Part shown: one piece after another, positions 42,805 to 54,162 of the stretch
Layout of the letters: each line of letters starts with the position of its first letter
Position numbering within the stretch: the first letter of the stretch is position 1
Source of the DNA: an uncultured Chloroflexia bacterium
GTDB taxonomy: Bacteria; Chloroflexota; Limnocylindria; Limnocylindrales; CSP1-4
Length of the DNA: 64,000 bases
Reading direction: 5' to 3'
Assembly (NCBI GenBank): GCA_963746405.1
Contig: CAVVAV010000003.1
Span: forward strand, 1,427,691 to 1,491,690
The notes under the pieces: generated by a model
The model's input: the letters and a program-made list of their open reading frames with translations, nothing else
What the model was told of the DNA's origin: nothing
The model's database searches: none
Translations under genes and position numbers: made by a program

Positions 42805-43576
42805 ATGTTCGCTCCCGCGCATCTCCGTGTTCCCGGTCGCGATCGGGCGATCCTGGCCGGATCGCTCGTTGCGATCACCGTGGTCGCATGGCTGGCGCTG
42901 TGGATCTGGGAGGGCTCGCCGTACGGCCACTACCTCCATCACGATGCGGTCGGCGGGGCCGGCGCCTCGCTGGCCATCGGGGCGACGGCGTTCACCGTGG
43001 GCTGGACGCTGATGATCGTCGCGATGATGCTACCCAGCAGCGTCCCGCTCGTGGTCACGTTCGCCGCCCTCGTGGGGCGACGTGCCCGACCGATGCAGCT
43101 GGTCACGCTGTTGCTGCTCGGGATACCTGCTGGTCTGGGCGGGGTTCGGGCTCGCCGCGTGGGCCGCCGATCGAGGCGTCCACGCGGCGGTCGAGGCCCT
43201 CCCCTGGCTCGCGACGCATCCGCAGCTGATCATCGGGGCGACGCTGCTCGGAGCCGGCCTGTGGCAGTTCAGCCCGCTCCGCGACCGCTGCCTGGACGAG
43301 TGCCGGAGCCCGTTGGGCTTCGTGCTGAATCGCTGGCGAGGGGTGTCGGAACGACGCGAGGCCCTGCTGATGGGGATCGCGCACGGTGCCTTCTGCGTCG
43401 GATGCTGCTGGTCGCTGATGCTCGTGATGTTCGGCGTCGGACTCAGCAGCCTCACCGCGATGCTGGTCCTCGGCGGGCTGACGGCGATCGAGAAGAACCT
43501 GCCGGGGGGACGGCTACTCACCCGCCCGCTCGGCGTGGCCCTGATCCTCGCCGCCGTGTACGCGGTGGCCGCATGA
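42805..43576 (+). CDS. DUF2182-family predicted metal-binding integral membrane protein (COG5486); apparent frameshift near 43123
   Basis: N-terminal frame ...SVPLVVTFAALVGRRARPMQLVTLLLLG. It then continues in ORF 43082..43576: YLLVWAGFGLAAWAADRGVHAAVE...AHGAFCVGCCWSLMLVMF.... A one-base offset at CTCGGGATACCTGCTGG causes the frame change. Confidence 0.6.
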
Positions 43577-44269
43577 GCACGGGGTCGTATGCTCGGGGCG
43601 TGGTCGACGCTGATCAGTCCCCCATAGGAACACGCGCCGAGCGCCGCGGCCAGGCGACCGCCGACACCCGCGGCGCGATCCTGGCCGCGGCCCGGCGTTG
43701 CTTGCTCGCCGACGGCTACGCGAATCTTTCGACGCAGGCACGTGGCCGAGGAAGCCGAGGTTCCGCTCAGCCAGATCCACTACCACTTCGGGTCGAAGCG
43801 CCAGCTCATCCTGGCGGTCCTCGAAGCCGAGAACGAGCGCCTGCTGGAGCGACAGCGTCAGATGTTCGATGCGCCGGAACCGCTGTGGGTCCGCTGGGAG
43901 CTCGCCTGCGACTTCCTCGACGCCGACATCGAATCGGGCTACGTCCGGATCCTCCAGGAGATGATCGCCGCCGGCTGGTCCGATCCCGAGGTCGCGGCCG
44001 CGGTTCGCCGGATGGTCGGCGAGTGGCCGCGCATGCTGGCCGACGTTGCGCGGCGCGAGCAGGAACGGGGCACCGATCTCGGTGGATTCACCCCCGATGA
44101 GATCGGCGCCCTGATGGCCATCCCGTTCCTTGGTGCCGAGGAACTGATCCTGCTGGGCGTCAACGAGTCGATGTTGCCGATGCGCTCCGCCCTCCGCAAG
44201 GTCGGGCCCCTGTTGCGGCGCAGCGCCGAGACCTCGCCCGACCTGAACGCGACCGCGACGGGGAGGTGA
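43573..44269 (+). CDS. TetR-family transcriptional regulator; apparent frameshift near 43740
   Basis: HTH N-terminus TRGAILAAARRCLLADGYANLSTQA in one frame, continuing as VAEEAEVPLSQIHYHFGSKRQLILAV... in ORF 43742..44269. This is a split TetR signature. The start overlaps the DUF2182 stop (ATGA). Confidence 0.6.
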
Positions 44270-44712
44270 CGAAGATGACGATCGACATGGCCTGGCAGGC
44301 GGAAGCGGTCGACGAGACCATCCGTTCCGGGGACTCGGCGGCGATCCGGGACAGCCTGCTCGATTACTTCGAGGGTTGGTTCGAGGGCGATGCGGCCCGG
44401 ATGGATCGCGCGCTCCATCCAGGGCTCGCGAAGCATGCGCTCGGCCAGGGCCCGGACCGTTCCGACACCCTCGACCTGACGACGAAGGACGAGATGGTCG
44501 AGGCCACAAGACAAGGGAGGGGTCGATCGAGGGATCTTCCCGACCGGGCGATCCGGATCGACGTCGCCAGCGTCTCGGGCGACATCGCGAGCGCGATCGT
44601 CCATTCGGCCGTTTACGTGGAATACGCGCTGCTGGCTAGAACCGCAGACGGCTGGCGGATCACCTCGACGCTCTGGCGCTGGGCCGAAGGCCATGGTCCA
44701 CGCAGCGCCTGA
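44266..44712 (+). CDS. NTF2-like/SnoaL-like small protein
   Basis: 148 aa. ...LLDYFEGWFEGDAARMDRALHPGL...WRITSTLW.... It overlaps the TetR stop. Confidence 0.55.
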   Translation: MTKMTIDMAWQAEAVDETIRSGDSAAIRDSLLDYFEGWFEGDAARMDRALHPGLAKHALGQGPDRSDTLDLTTKDEMVEATRQGRGRSRDLPDRAIRIDVASVSGDIASAIVHSAVYVEYALLARTADGWRITSTLWRWAEGHGPRSA

Positions 44713-45634
44713 GCGCGCGGCCGTCCCGATGCCCGCGGCCGCACGCACCGGCCCGCACGAGCAGATGCGCGCGCGCTACCCGGACGTCGCGGGCTTCGTG
44801 GAAGGCGAGGACAGCCGCGTGGCCTTCGAGGTCTACGGCAGCGGCGACCCGCCGATCATGTTCGTGCCGCCCTGGTCGATCGTCCACTCGCGGATCTGGA
44901 AGGCGCAAATCCCTGATTTCGCGCGGCGCCATCGTGTCATCGCCTGGGATGCGCGCGGTAACGGACGATCGGATCGACCCCGCGACCCAGCTGCCCACAG
45001 CGATGTGGCGATCGCCAGGGACCTCCTGGCCGTGCTCGATGCAAGTGGCACGGATGCGGCGATCCTCGTGGGCCTGTCCGGTGCGGCCGTCCCGGCGATC
45101 ATGATCGCAAGCCAATATCCCGATCGGGTCCTCGGGCTCGTCCTCATCGGCCCGGCCGTCCCACTCGGTGACCGCCTTCGGGAGCGCAACGTCCCGTTCG
45201 ACGCGGTCCTCGATACCGAGGAGGGGTGGGCCAAGCAGACCCTCGACTTCTGGCGGCGCGACTTCGCGGCCTATCTCGGATTCTTCTTCAGCGAGATGTT
45301 CAACGAGCCGCACTCGACGAAGCAGGTCGAGGATGGTGTCGACTACGGCAGCTCGACGGACCCCGAGACCCTCGGCGCGACCATGTACACGGAGTCGGTC
45401 GACGCGGATTCGTTCGTCGCCATGTGCGCGTCCGTGCGCTGCCCCGTTCTCATCATTCAGGGGGACCGCGACGCCATCACCGGGCTGTCGCGCGGTATCG
45501 CCTTGTCGCGTGCCATCCCGCAGGCGCGGTTCGAGATCATCGAAGGCGCCGGCCACGGTCCGAATGCTCGCGATCCGATCCGGGTAAACCTCCTGATCCG
45601 CGAGTTCGTGCGCGATCTCGCAAGGTCGCCCTGA
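44693..45634 (+). CDS. alpha/beta hydrolase
   Basis: IMFVPPWSIVHSRIW..., nucleophile elbow GLSGAA, ...IIQGDRDA..., GAGHGPN. Alternative start ATG near 44765 (MRARYPD). Confidence 0.75.
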   Translation: MVHAAPERAAVPMPAAARTGPHEQMRARYPDVAGFVEGEDSRVAFEVYGSGDPPIMFVPPWSIVHSRIWKAQIPDFARRHRVIAWDARGNGRSDRPRDPAAHSDVAIARDLLAVLDASGTDAAILVGLSGAAVPAIMIASQYPDRVLGLVLIGPAVPLGDRLRERNVPFDAVLDTEEGWAKQTLDFWRRDFAAYLGFFFSEMFNEPHSTKQVEDGVDYGSSTDPETLGATMYTESVDADSFVAMCASVRCPVLIIQGDRDAITGLSRGIALSRAIPQARFEIIEGAGHGPNARDPIRVNLLIREFVRDLARSP

Positions 45635-45635
45635 T

Positions 45636-45753
45636 GCGCGCCCTCGTCGAGGTGGAGGGTGCCGACGACATGATCCCGGGCCGCCATCCGGTCCTCGCGA
45701 ACCTGCTCATCCGTGACTTCGTCCGATCCTTCGCACAGGAGACGGTCCAGTGA
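45636..45753 (+). pseudogene. 3'-terminal remnant of a second alpha/beta hydrolase gene
   Basis: MRALVEVEGADDMIPGRHPVLANLLIRDFVRSFAQETVQ parallels the C-terminus of the preceding gene (IIEGAGHGPNARDPIRVNLLIREFVRDLA) but has no upstream body. Confidence 0.4.
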
Positions 45754-47024
45754 TCGCGCCCTCGACGCCGCCATCGACGCCGCAGCCGACCCCACGGACG
45801 TGGACCCGCGCGCTGGCGCGCCGGCGTCGGGCCCTGTACATCTCCTCCCCCATCGGGCTCGGCCACGCCCAGCGCGACGTGGCGATCGCGGGCGAGCTCC
45901 GCAAGCTCCGTCCGGACGTCGAGATCGACTGGCTCGCCCAGAGCCCCGTCACGGACGTGCTGGAGGCGAACGGCGAGCGGATCCACCCGCTGAGCGCCGA
46001 ACTCGCGTCCGAATCGGCCCACATCACCGCGGAGTCGTCCGAGCACGACCTCAACGCGTTCCAGGCGATCCGGCGCATGGACGAGATCCTCGTGGCGAAC
46101 TTCATGGTGTTCCACGACGCCGTCGAGAGCGGCGAATACGACCTCGTGATCGGTGACGAGGCCTGGGACGTGGACTATTTCCTCCACGAGAACCCGGAGC
46201 TCAAGCGGACGGCGTTCGCGTGGATGACCGACTTCGTGGGCTGGCTGCCGATGCCATCTGGCGGCGATCGCGAGGCGTTCCTGACGTCCGACTACAACGC
46301 CGAGATGATCGAGCAGGTCGAGCGATTCCCGCGCGTCCGCGACCGTGCGATCTTCGTCGGCGACCCCGACGACATCGTGCCCGACGAGTTCGGGCCGGGG
46401 CTCGGGCCCATCCGCGACTGGACCGAGCGGCACTACGCCTTCAGCGGCTATGTGACGGGGTTCGACCCGACCCCGCTCATCGAAGGACGGGAGGAGCTGC
46501 GCCGCGAGCTCGGCTACCAGCCGGACGAGCGTGTCGTGATCGTGACAGTCGGCGGGTCAGGGGTCGGCGAGGCGCTGTTGCGGCGCGTGATCGCGAGCTA
46601 CCCGGAGGCCGCGCGCCGGGTGAACGGCCTGCGCATGATCGCCGTGGCCGGGCCGCGGATCGACCCGGACTCGCTGGGCGCCCCGGCCGGCGTCGAGGTC
46701 CGGGCGTTCGTCCCGCAGCTCTACCGGCACCTGGCGGCCTGCGACCTGGCCGTCGTCCAGGGCGGGCTGACGACGACGATGGAGCTGGCGGCCGCGCGGC
46801 GGCCGTTCCTGTACTTCCCGTTGCGCGACCACTTCGAGCAGAACCGGCACGTGCGCCACCGGCTCGACCGCTACGGCGCGGGCCGATACATGGAGTACGC
46901 GGCGTCCCCACCCGAGGTCATCGCCGACGCGATCGCGGACGAGATCGACCGGCCGATCGACTACCGGCCGGTCGAGACGGACGGGGCGACCCGCGCTGCT
47001 GCGCTGATCGCCCCGCTCATCTAG
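45750..47024 (+). CDS. GT1-family glycosyltransferase (MGT/UDP-glycosyltransferase-like)
   Basis: ALYISSPIGLGHAQRDVAIAGELR, the GT-B N-domain motif, with ...VIVTVGGSGVGE... and ...VVQGGLTTTMELAAARRPFLYFP, the nucleotide-sugar-binding C-domain. Confidence 0.75.
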   Translation: MIAPSTPPSTPQPTPRTWTRALARRRRALYISSPIGLGHAQRDVAIAGELRKLRPDVEIDWLAQSPVTDVLEANGERIHPLSAELASESAHITAESSEHDLNAFQAIRRMDEILVANFMVFHDAVESGEYDLVIGDEAWDVDYFLHENPELKRTAFAWMTDFVGWLPMPSGGDREAFLTSDYNAEMIEQVERFPRVRDRAIFVGDPDDIVPDEFGPGLGPIRDWTERHYAFSGYVTGFDPTPLIEGREELRRELGYQPDERVVIVTVGGSGVGEALLRRVIASYPEAARRVNGLRMIAVAGPRIDPDSLGAPAGVEVRAFVPQLYRHLAACDLAVVQGGLTTTMELAAARRPFLYFPLRDHFEQNRHVRHRLDRYGAGRYMEYAASPPEVIADAIADEIDRPIDYRPVETDGATRAAALIAPLI

Positions 47025-47063
47025 GTCCGGGACGTCCGACGCCGGACGTCCAGGTCGTGCTCG

Positions 47064-48056
47064 TCAGTCCTTCGAGTCGGTCCGCTCGAGCGGGTCGGTC
47101 GTCTCGACCTCGACCTCGACCGGCTGCCGGCGGGCCGGCGTCAGGAAGGCGATGGCCGCGATGATGCCCGCCATCAGGACGAGGGCGAAGCGCCACCCGT
47201 CGATCCCGGCCGTCGGGCTCGCTGGCAGCGTATCGGTCGGGGGCAACGTGATCTTGGGCGTTCCGGTCGCGCCACCGACGTTGCCGACGGGCGTCGGCGT
47301 CGGTGCCACGCCCTGCGTCGGCAGGACGGAGTCGGTCGGCTCGACCGCATCGGTGGGATTCGTGGAGTCCGTGGGCGCGACCGAGTCGGTCGGATTGACC
47401 ACGTCGGTCGGATTTGCCGAGTCGGTCGGATTGACCACGTCGGTCGGCACCGGGGTCGGCTCCGGCGTCGGCTCCGGGGTAGGCTCGGGGCAGTCGATGG
47501 TCAACGGCGCCTCGCGCGGGACCGTGTCCAGCGGCAGGTACCCGTCGCCGTCGTCGAACTCGTACAGGACGTGGGCGCGCAGCGAGTAGGAACCGGGCGC
47601 CACGTTCGCGGACGCCTCGTAGCCGTCGGCCCGCGTGCCGTTGCCATTGACCCAGGCGAAATCGGGCGGCGTGCCGTCGTCACCGTGCGATGCCCGGACG
47701 ACCTTGGTGCCGTCGATCGACACATAGGCCTCATCGGGGCGATCCTGCTTGGCCTTGCCCGGGACGTCCGTCATGACGAGGGCGTACAGGGTCTCGGTCT
47801 CGCAGTCGTAGCGGACGGAGAGGGTCGCGTGCGTATCGCGGCCGGGATCCCCGCCGTCGGTCATGTCGGCGAAGTAGTCGCCCGCCACCCATTCACCCGG
47901 ATTCCCGTCGACGTTCGCAGATCCGAGCGTCGGATTCGGGGCGGCCGCGAACGACGCGGGTGCCAATACCGCCGTCGCGAGCAGGGCCCCCGCTGCATAC
48001 CAGGCCGCCGCTCTGGCCGATCGACGTCTAGCAAAGCCCACTGTGGTCGCGTGCAT
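47064..48056 (-). CDS. secreted protein with Pro/Thr/Asp repeat linker (PTDS/NPTD repeats) and C-terminal TM anchor
   Basis: Signal peptide after RBS AAGGAG. An N-terminal domain of about 170 aa is followed by EPTPEPTPEPTPVPTDVVNPTDSANPTDVVNPTDSVAPTDSTNPTD... and then ...GIDGWRFALVLMAGIIAAIAFLTPARRQ. Confidence 0.7.
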   Translation of the reverse strand: MHATTVGFARRRSARAAAWYAAGALLATAVLAPASFAAAPNPTLGSANVDGNPGEWVAGDYFADMTDGGDPGRDTHATLSVRYDCETETLYALVMTDVPGKAKQDRPDEAYVSIDGTKVVRASHGDDGTPPDFAWVNGNGTRADGYEASANVAPGSYSLRAHVLYEFDDGDGYLPLDTVPREAPLTIDCPEPTPEPTPEPTPVPTDVVNPTDSANPTDVVNPTDSVAPTDSTNPTDAVEPTDSVLPTQGVAPTPTPVGNVGGATGTPKITLPPTDTLPASPTAGIDGWRFALVLMAGIIAAIAFLTPARRQPVEVEVETTDPLERTDSKD

Positions 48057-48301
48057 CGTTTCTCCTTGACCGGTCCGCCGCAGATGAAGAGCTCGCGCCC
48101 GCCGGCGCCGCGGACGCGGATGAGAACCGAACCGACTATGCCACGGAACAGTACCGTCGGGCCAGTACGAAAGCGCCAGTTCTCATCTCGTTTCGGTAAA
48201 CGTTCTTCTCAACCGGAATACGCCGCGTCGTACCTAACTACCCACGAACGCCCAGACATCCCGTGGTCAACGTGTTGCCGGAGCGCACCACGCCCGGCCC
48301 G

Positions 48302-49066
48302 TCAACGTGCGACGCGAACCTCGTCAAGGAACGCGAGGGAGCGGGCCTCGCGCTCGAGCGCCTGGCGCACGAAGTCGCGCAGTGCCGTCTCGACCTCGCC
48401 TTCGACGGCGGCGGCCAGGCGGAGCGCGGCGAGCGCCTCGATGTCAAGGCGCTGGTATGCCTTGAGCAACTTCAGGCCTTCGAGGCTGAGGCCCGTTCGG
48501 TCGTGCGGCGGCCCGGGACAGCGCTGGCAGATGACCCCACCGAGCGGTGGGACCCAGCGGAAACGTTCCTCGGATTCGAGCATGCGGTCGCACTCGACAC
48601 ACCGATCGACCTCGGGGCGCATGCCCAGCTCGTCGAGCAGGTGCATCTCGTACCAGCGCGCGACGCGGCCGGGCGCCATGCCGGCGTCGAGCAGCTCATA
48701 GGCGCGCCGAAGGAGCGCATACAACGGCTCGGCCGCGTGGCGTTCCTCGAGGCTCCGGTCGGCGAGCTCGGCCAGGTACCAGGCGGTGGCGGCACTCTCG
48801 AGGGAGTCGCGCAGGTTCAGCCAGGCGTGCCCGACGCTGACCTGCGTGACGACATCGAACGTCCGGCCACGGGCCAAAGCGACGGTGAGCTCCGCGAACG
48901 GCTCGAGGCTGCCACCCAGCCGCGAGGTCGTGCGTCGCACGCCCTTGGCGATCGCCTTGAGCTTGCCGCCCGCCGGGGTGATGAGGGTGAGGACCCGATC
49001 CGCCTCCCCGAGGTCGAACCGCGACAGCACGATGGCATCGGTCGTGTAGCGGCGGGGGACGGGCAT
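48302..49066 (-). CDS. recO: DNA repair protein RecO
   Basis: 254 aa. N-terminal OB-fold (DAIVLSRFDLGEADRVLTLIT) and zinc-binding CxxC...CxxC (CVECDRM...CQRC). Confidence 0.85.
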   Translation of the reverse strand: MPVPRRYTTDAIVLSRFDLGEADRVLTLITPAGGKLKAIAKGVRRTTSRLGGSLEPFAELTVALARGRTFDVVTQVSVGHAWLNLRDSLESAATAWYLAELADRSLEERHAAEPLYALLRRAYELLDAGMAPGRVARWYEMHLLDELGMRPEVDRCVECDRMLESEERFRWVPPLGGVICQRCPGPPHDRTGLSLEGLKLLKAYQRLDIEALAALRLAAAVEGEVETALRDFVRQALEREARSLAFLDEVRVAR

Positions 49067-49291
49067 CTCGCGCTCGACGGTATCACGGAGGGCGCGTCAC
49101 CGATCTCGGCGGTTGAGGGGTCATCCGCCGCGCCGTTCCGGGCGTACTTCGGGTAGACGCCGGTGCGGTCGCGTCCCCCGCGCCGGCGTCTTCACGGCGG
49201 TGGGCGACAGGCGGGGCGCGGCCGGGCTTCCCGCCCTTGGGAGCCAACAGGCTACCGCGAGCGAACACGTTTCGTGTACACTGACGCCACG

Positions 49292-50317
49292 ATGACCACG
49301 ACGCTCCCCGAGCTGGACCTCGCCGAGCTCATCGCCGATACCGAGGGCGAGATCGTCCGGCTCGTCCAGGACCGCGATCCCTCGACCCATGGCCTGTACG
49401 AGATGGTCCGCTACCACCTCGCGCTCGACGGCTCCGGTGCGAGCGGCGGCAAGCGGATCCGCCCGCTCCTCGGCCTGCTCGCCTACGCCTCGATCGCGGG
49501 CGATCACCGCAAGGCCCTTCCGGGGGCCGCCGCGGTCGAGCTCGGTCACAACTTCAGCCTCGTGCACGACGACATCGAGGATGGCGATCGTGAGCGCCGG
49601 CATCGAGCGACACTCTGGACCAAGCACGGGGTCCCCCAGGCCATCAACGCCGGCGACACGCTGTTCAGCCTGTCGCGCATCGCCCTCCATCGACTGACCG
49701 ACCTCGGCTTTTCCGACGCCAAGGTCCTGCGCCTGATGCGCCTCTACGACGAAACCTGCCTCGCGCTCTGTGAGGGTCAGTACATCGACATCGCCACGAG
49801 CGAGTCGGACGAGCTGATGTCGGTCGATGGCTACCTGGACATGATCGGGCGCAAGACAGCGGCGTTGATCGCAGGTTCGATCGAGGCCGGTGCCCTGCTC
49901 GCGACCGACGACGAGGCGGTGATCACGCGGTACCGGCGCTTCGGCTGGGCGCTGGGGCTCGCCTTCCAGATCAACGACGACCTGCTGGGCATCTGGGGAG
50001 CGGAACAGGCGACCGGCAAGGAGCCGTCAGACGTCGCCCACAAGAAGAAGACCCTGCCCGTCATCTACGCGGTCGAGCACGCGGGCGCCGAGGATCGGGC
50101 CCGGCTGCTGGAGCTGTACGCGAAGCGCGATCGGTCGTCGGCCGAGTTGACAGAGATCGTCGCCATCCTCGAGCGCGTCGGCGCCCGCGACTACACCCGC
50201 GACCAGGCGCGCCGCTACCGGGACGAGGCGCTGGCGGAGCTCGACGCCGCGGGTGTGCTCCAACCGGCGGCCCGGGCACGGCTGCAGGAGATCATCGTGG
50301 GGGTCATCTCGGCCTGA
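49292..50317 (+). CDS. polyprenyl diphosphate synthase (trans-IPPS, GGPP/FPP synthase type)
   Basis: First Asp-rich motif LVHDDIED and second Asp-rich motif FQINDDLLG, with KRIRP upstream. Confidence 0.85.
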   Translation: MTTTLPELDLAELIADTEGEIVRLVQDRDPSTHGLYEMVRYHLALDGSGASGGKRIRPLLGLLAYASIAGDHRKALPGAAAVELGHNFSLVHDDIEDGDRERRHRATLWTKHGVPQAINAGDTLFSLSRIALHRLTDLGFSDAKVLRLMRLYDETCLALCEGQYIDIATSESDELMSVDGYLDMIGRKTAALIAGSIEAGALLATDDEAVITRYRRFGWALGLAFQINDDLLGIWGAEQATGKEPSDVAHKKKTLPVIYAVEHAGAEDRARLLELYAKRDRSSAELTEIVAILERVGARDYTRDQARRYRDEALAELDAAGVLQPAARARLQEIIVGVISA

Positions 50318-50368
50318 CTGAGGCCCGGGCGCCGCCCGCCGGCCCGCCGGCCCGCCGGCGCGCGACGT

Positions 50369-51699
<1,331 letters not shown>

Positions 51700-51703
<4 letters not shown>

Positions 51704-53130
51704 GAGGACGCGTCACCAGGTGCGGATTTGGACCGGGGTTCGCGGATACGCGCGGGAACCCCGACGGCGAGCTTGCCGGCCGGCACGTCCTTCGTGACCA
51801 CGGCGCCCGCACCCGTCCGCGCACCCTTCCCGATGTCTCGTGGCGCGACGATCATCGTGTCGACGCCGATGAACGCGCCCTCGCCGATGGTCGTGGGGTG
51901 CTTGTTCGTGCCGTCGTAGTTGGCGGTGATCGAACCGGCACCGATGTTCGCGCGCTCGCCGACCTCGGTATCCCCGAGGTAGCTCATGTGGCCCTGCTTC
52001 GAGCCAGCGCCGAGCCGGCTGTTCTTGAGCTCGGCGTAGTTGCCGACATAGGCGCCCTGGCCGATCACGCTGCCGCCGCGCACGTGGCTAAGAGGCCCGA
52101 CCTTGGCGTCGTCCTCGATCGTCGAGGATTCGATGATCGACGCCCAGACGAACGCACGCGCACCCACCTTGCTGTCGACGATCTGGCTCCCCGCGCCGAT
52201 CACGGTCCCCTCCCCGATCGACGTGCCGCCGCGCAGGATCACGTTCGGTTCGAGCGTGACGTCCGGTGCGAGCGTCACATCCCAGTCGAGGTAGACCGTG
52301 GACGGGTCGCGCATCGTGACGCCGTCGCGCATGTGCTCCTCGTTGCGGCGGACGCGCAGGTTCCACTCGGCCGCCGCGAGCTGTGAGCGGTCGTTGATGC
52401 CATCGAAGCGCCCGTCGTCCTCGAAGACCACGGCCGTGACCAGTCGACCGTCCTCGCGTGCGAGGCGGACGAGCTCGGTCAGGTACAGCTCGCCGGTCGT
52501 GGGGGACGGCTCGAGCGACTCGATCCGACGGCGCAACCAGGCGGCATCGAAGGCGTACAGCCCCGAGTTGATCTCGTTGGCCGCGAGCTGGTCCTCGTCG
52601 GCGTCCTTGACCTCGACGATCGCTTCCACGATGCCGAACTCGCTGCGGACGATGCGCCCGAGCTCAGCGGGGTCGGCGGCGAACACGGTGGCGAGGGCGA
52701 TGGCGGCGTCGTCCTGGCGGCGCGCCTCCAGGATGGCCTCGAGATCGGTTGCCGAGATGAGGGGAACATCCCCCGACAGGATCAGGACCTCGGTGGCGTC
52801 CTCGGGGACCGCGCCGATTGCCGCGCGAACAGCGTCGCCGGTGCCGCGAGGCTCGTCCTGCAGCGCGTAATCGGCTCGATCGGCGAAGACCTCGCGAATG
52901 GCATCCACGGCCGGTGAATAGACGATCACGGGCCGTGTGGCGGTCGCACCGTCGGCGGCCGCTGCCTCGTCCCAGGCGTCCAGCACGTACGCCAGCATCG
53001 GTCGGCCGCACAGCGAGTGCAGCACCTTGGGGAGCGAGGACTTCATGCGCGTGCCGAGACCTGCCGCGAGGACCACGGCGGTGGTTCGGCCGGCTTGCCC
53101 AGACATGGGCTCGGGACTTGGAGGGTTCAT
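51700..53130 (-). CDS. glmU: bifunctional UDP-N-acetylglucosamine pyrophosphorylase / glucosamine-1-phosphate N-acetyltransferase
   Basis: AVVLAAGLGTRMKSSLPKVLH (pyrophosphorylase) and a C-terminal left-handed beta-helix with hexapeptide repeats. The start is 53130 or the internal ATG at 53106 (MSGQAG...). Confidence 0.9.
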
Positions 53131-53258
53131 GCGCGGCGTCGGGCGTGCGTGGGGCGATGGTCGCCCGCGCTGCGTGCGGTGCCCGACGGGCGGAAGAGGG
53201 GTGTCATCAGTTGGAAGCCGGATGGTATGGGCGGTTCGCCGGGACCGTCAAGCGCGCT

Positions 53259-53795
53259 TCAGGCGGGTCGGCCGGGGACGCGGCGCAGCAGGAGCAAGGT
53301 GGCAGCCACGACGACGAGTGCGAGAAGAACCCATGCGCCGAAGGTCGACGCAGGGACCGTATCGGTCGCGGGAGGCGCCAGCGAGACCTCCAGGTCGGCG
53401 CCGTGGAGCATCGTGGCCCCGGCACTCGACGGGGCACATGGCTCACAGTGCACGAGGACGTCGTACTGGCCCGCGGCCACGGCCGGGATCGTGAAGGTCG
53501 TCGTGCCGTCGCCATTGGCGTCCACGACCAGGTCGCCGAGCCGGATCAGACGCCCGTCGGTTGGGTCATCGATCTGCGATGCCAGCCCGTCCTCGACCAG
53601 GAATAGGGGCAACGACCGGCTGGGCGCGAGCGTGACCGAGCCCGAACCGAGCGTCCTGCCATGCACCACGGTCCCGCTCGGTCCGCTGGTCCTGTCGAGC
53701 ACGATCCAGAACGCGGCCGACACCGGAGTCGGCGACAGGAAGACGGCCACGGCGAACAGAACGACGAGAACCATCGTGCGGCCCGATCGGGTCAT
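53259..53795 (-). CDS. secreted protein with C-terminal TM anchor (hypothetical)
   Basis: Start at MTRSGRTMVLVVLFAVAVFLSPTPVSAA (signal peptide) inside track ORF 53259..53963. C-terminus ...STFGAWVLLALVVVAATLLLLRRVPGRPA. Confidence 0.5.
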   Translation of the reverse strand: MTRSGRTMVLVVLFAVAVFLSPTPVSAAFWIVLDRTSGPSGTVVHGRTLGSGSVTLAPSRSLPLFLVEDGLASQIDDPTDGRLIRLGDLVVDANGDGTTTFTIPAVAAGQYDVLVHCEPCAPSSAGATMLHGADLEVSLAPPATDTVPASTFGAWVLLALVVVAATLLLLRRVPGRPA

Positions 53796-53864
53796 GTCCG
53801 GCAGTCTAGGCTCGACAGGTCGACAAACGGCCGGCGCGGGCACTCGCGGAGGCATGCCATCGGC

Positions 53865-54150
53865 CGTAGACGCCGTCGTTCCTGCGGCTGTACGTCCCCG
53901 ATTACGACGCGACGCTGCGCCAGGCGCTCGAGGCCGGTGCGACGGTCGCACGCCTCCAGGCATGATGCCGTGGGGCGATCGCAGCTGTCGCCTCCGCGAT
54001 CCGTTCGGGAACCTGTGGTGGGTGATGACCCATCTCGAGGACCTGACGCCCGAGGAGGAAGGGCGACGCTGGGGCGATCCGGTCTACCTGGCGGCGCTCC
54101 AGGACCACGAGAACGCCGAATTCCTCCCGCGACAACCCGGGCGGGCATGA
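53865..54150 (+). pseudogene. VOC/glyoxalase-family gene remnant (C-terminal ~90 codons only, with internal frame change near 53960)
   Basis: Frame A gives ...LRLYVPDYDATLRQALEAGATVARLQA*. The adjacent frame gives MMPWGDRSCRLRDPFGNLWWVMTHLE.... Together these form the conserved C-terminal VOC motif (GA-TV...PWGDR...DPFGN-W). No N-terminal half is present. Confidence 0.45.
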
Positions 54151-54162
54151 CAGCATGAGTGG

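Noticed and set aside
40686-42878. 730-aa minus-strand ORF overlapping glyQS and the DUF1326 gene
   Set aside because: It is Arg/Pro/Gly-dominated and antisense to, or out of frame with, two well-supported genes. Long spurious ORFs are expected at 72% GC.
48060-48300. Lower-GC 240-bp stretch with scattered short inverted repeats upstream of the PT-repeat secreted protein gene
   Set aside because: It is most simply a promoter and 5'-UTR region. No recognisable riboswitch or RNA family structure could be assigned by eye.
53017-53860. Upstream 280 aa of plus ORF 53017..54150
   Set aside because: It is antisense to the glmU start region and to the secreted-protein gene. The composition (R/S/T/G) is typical of off-frame translation of high-GC DNA.
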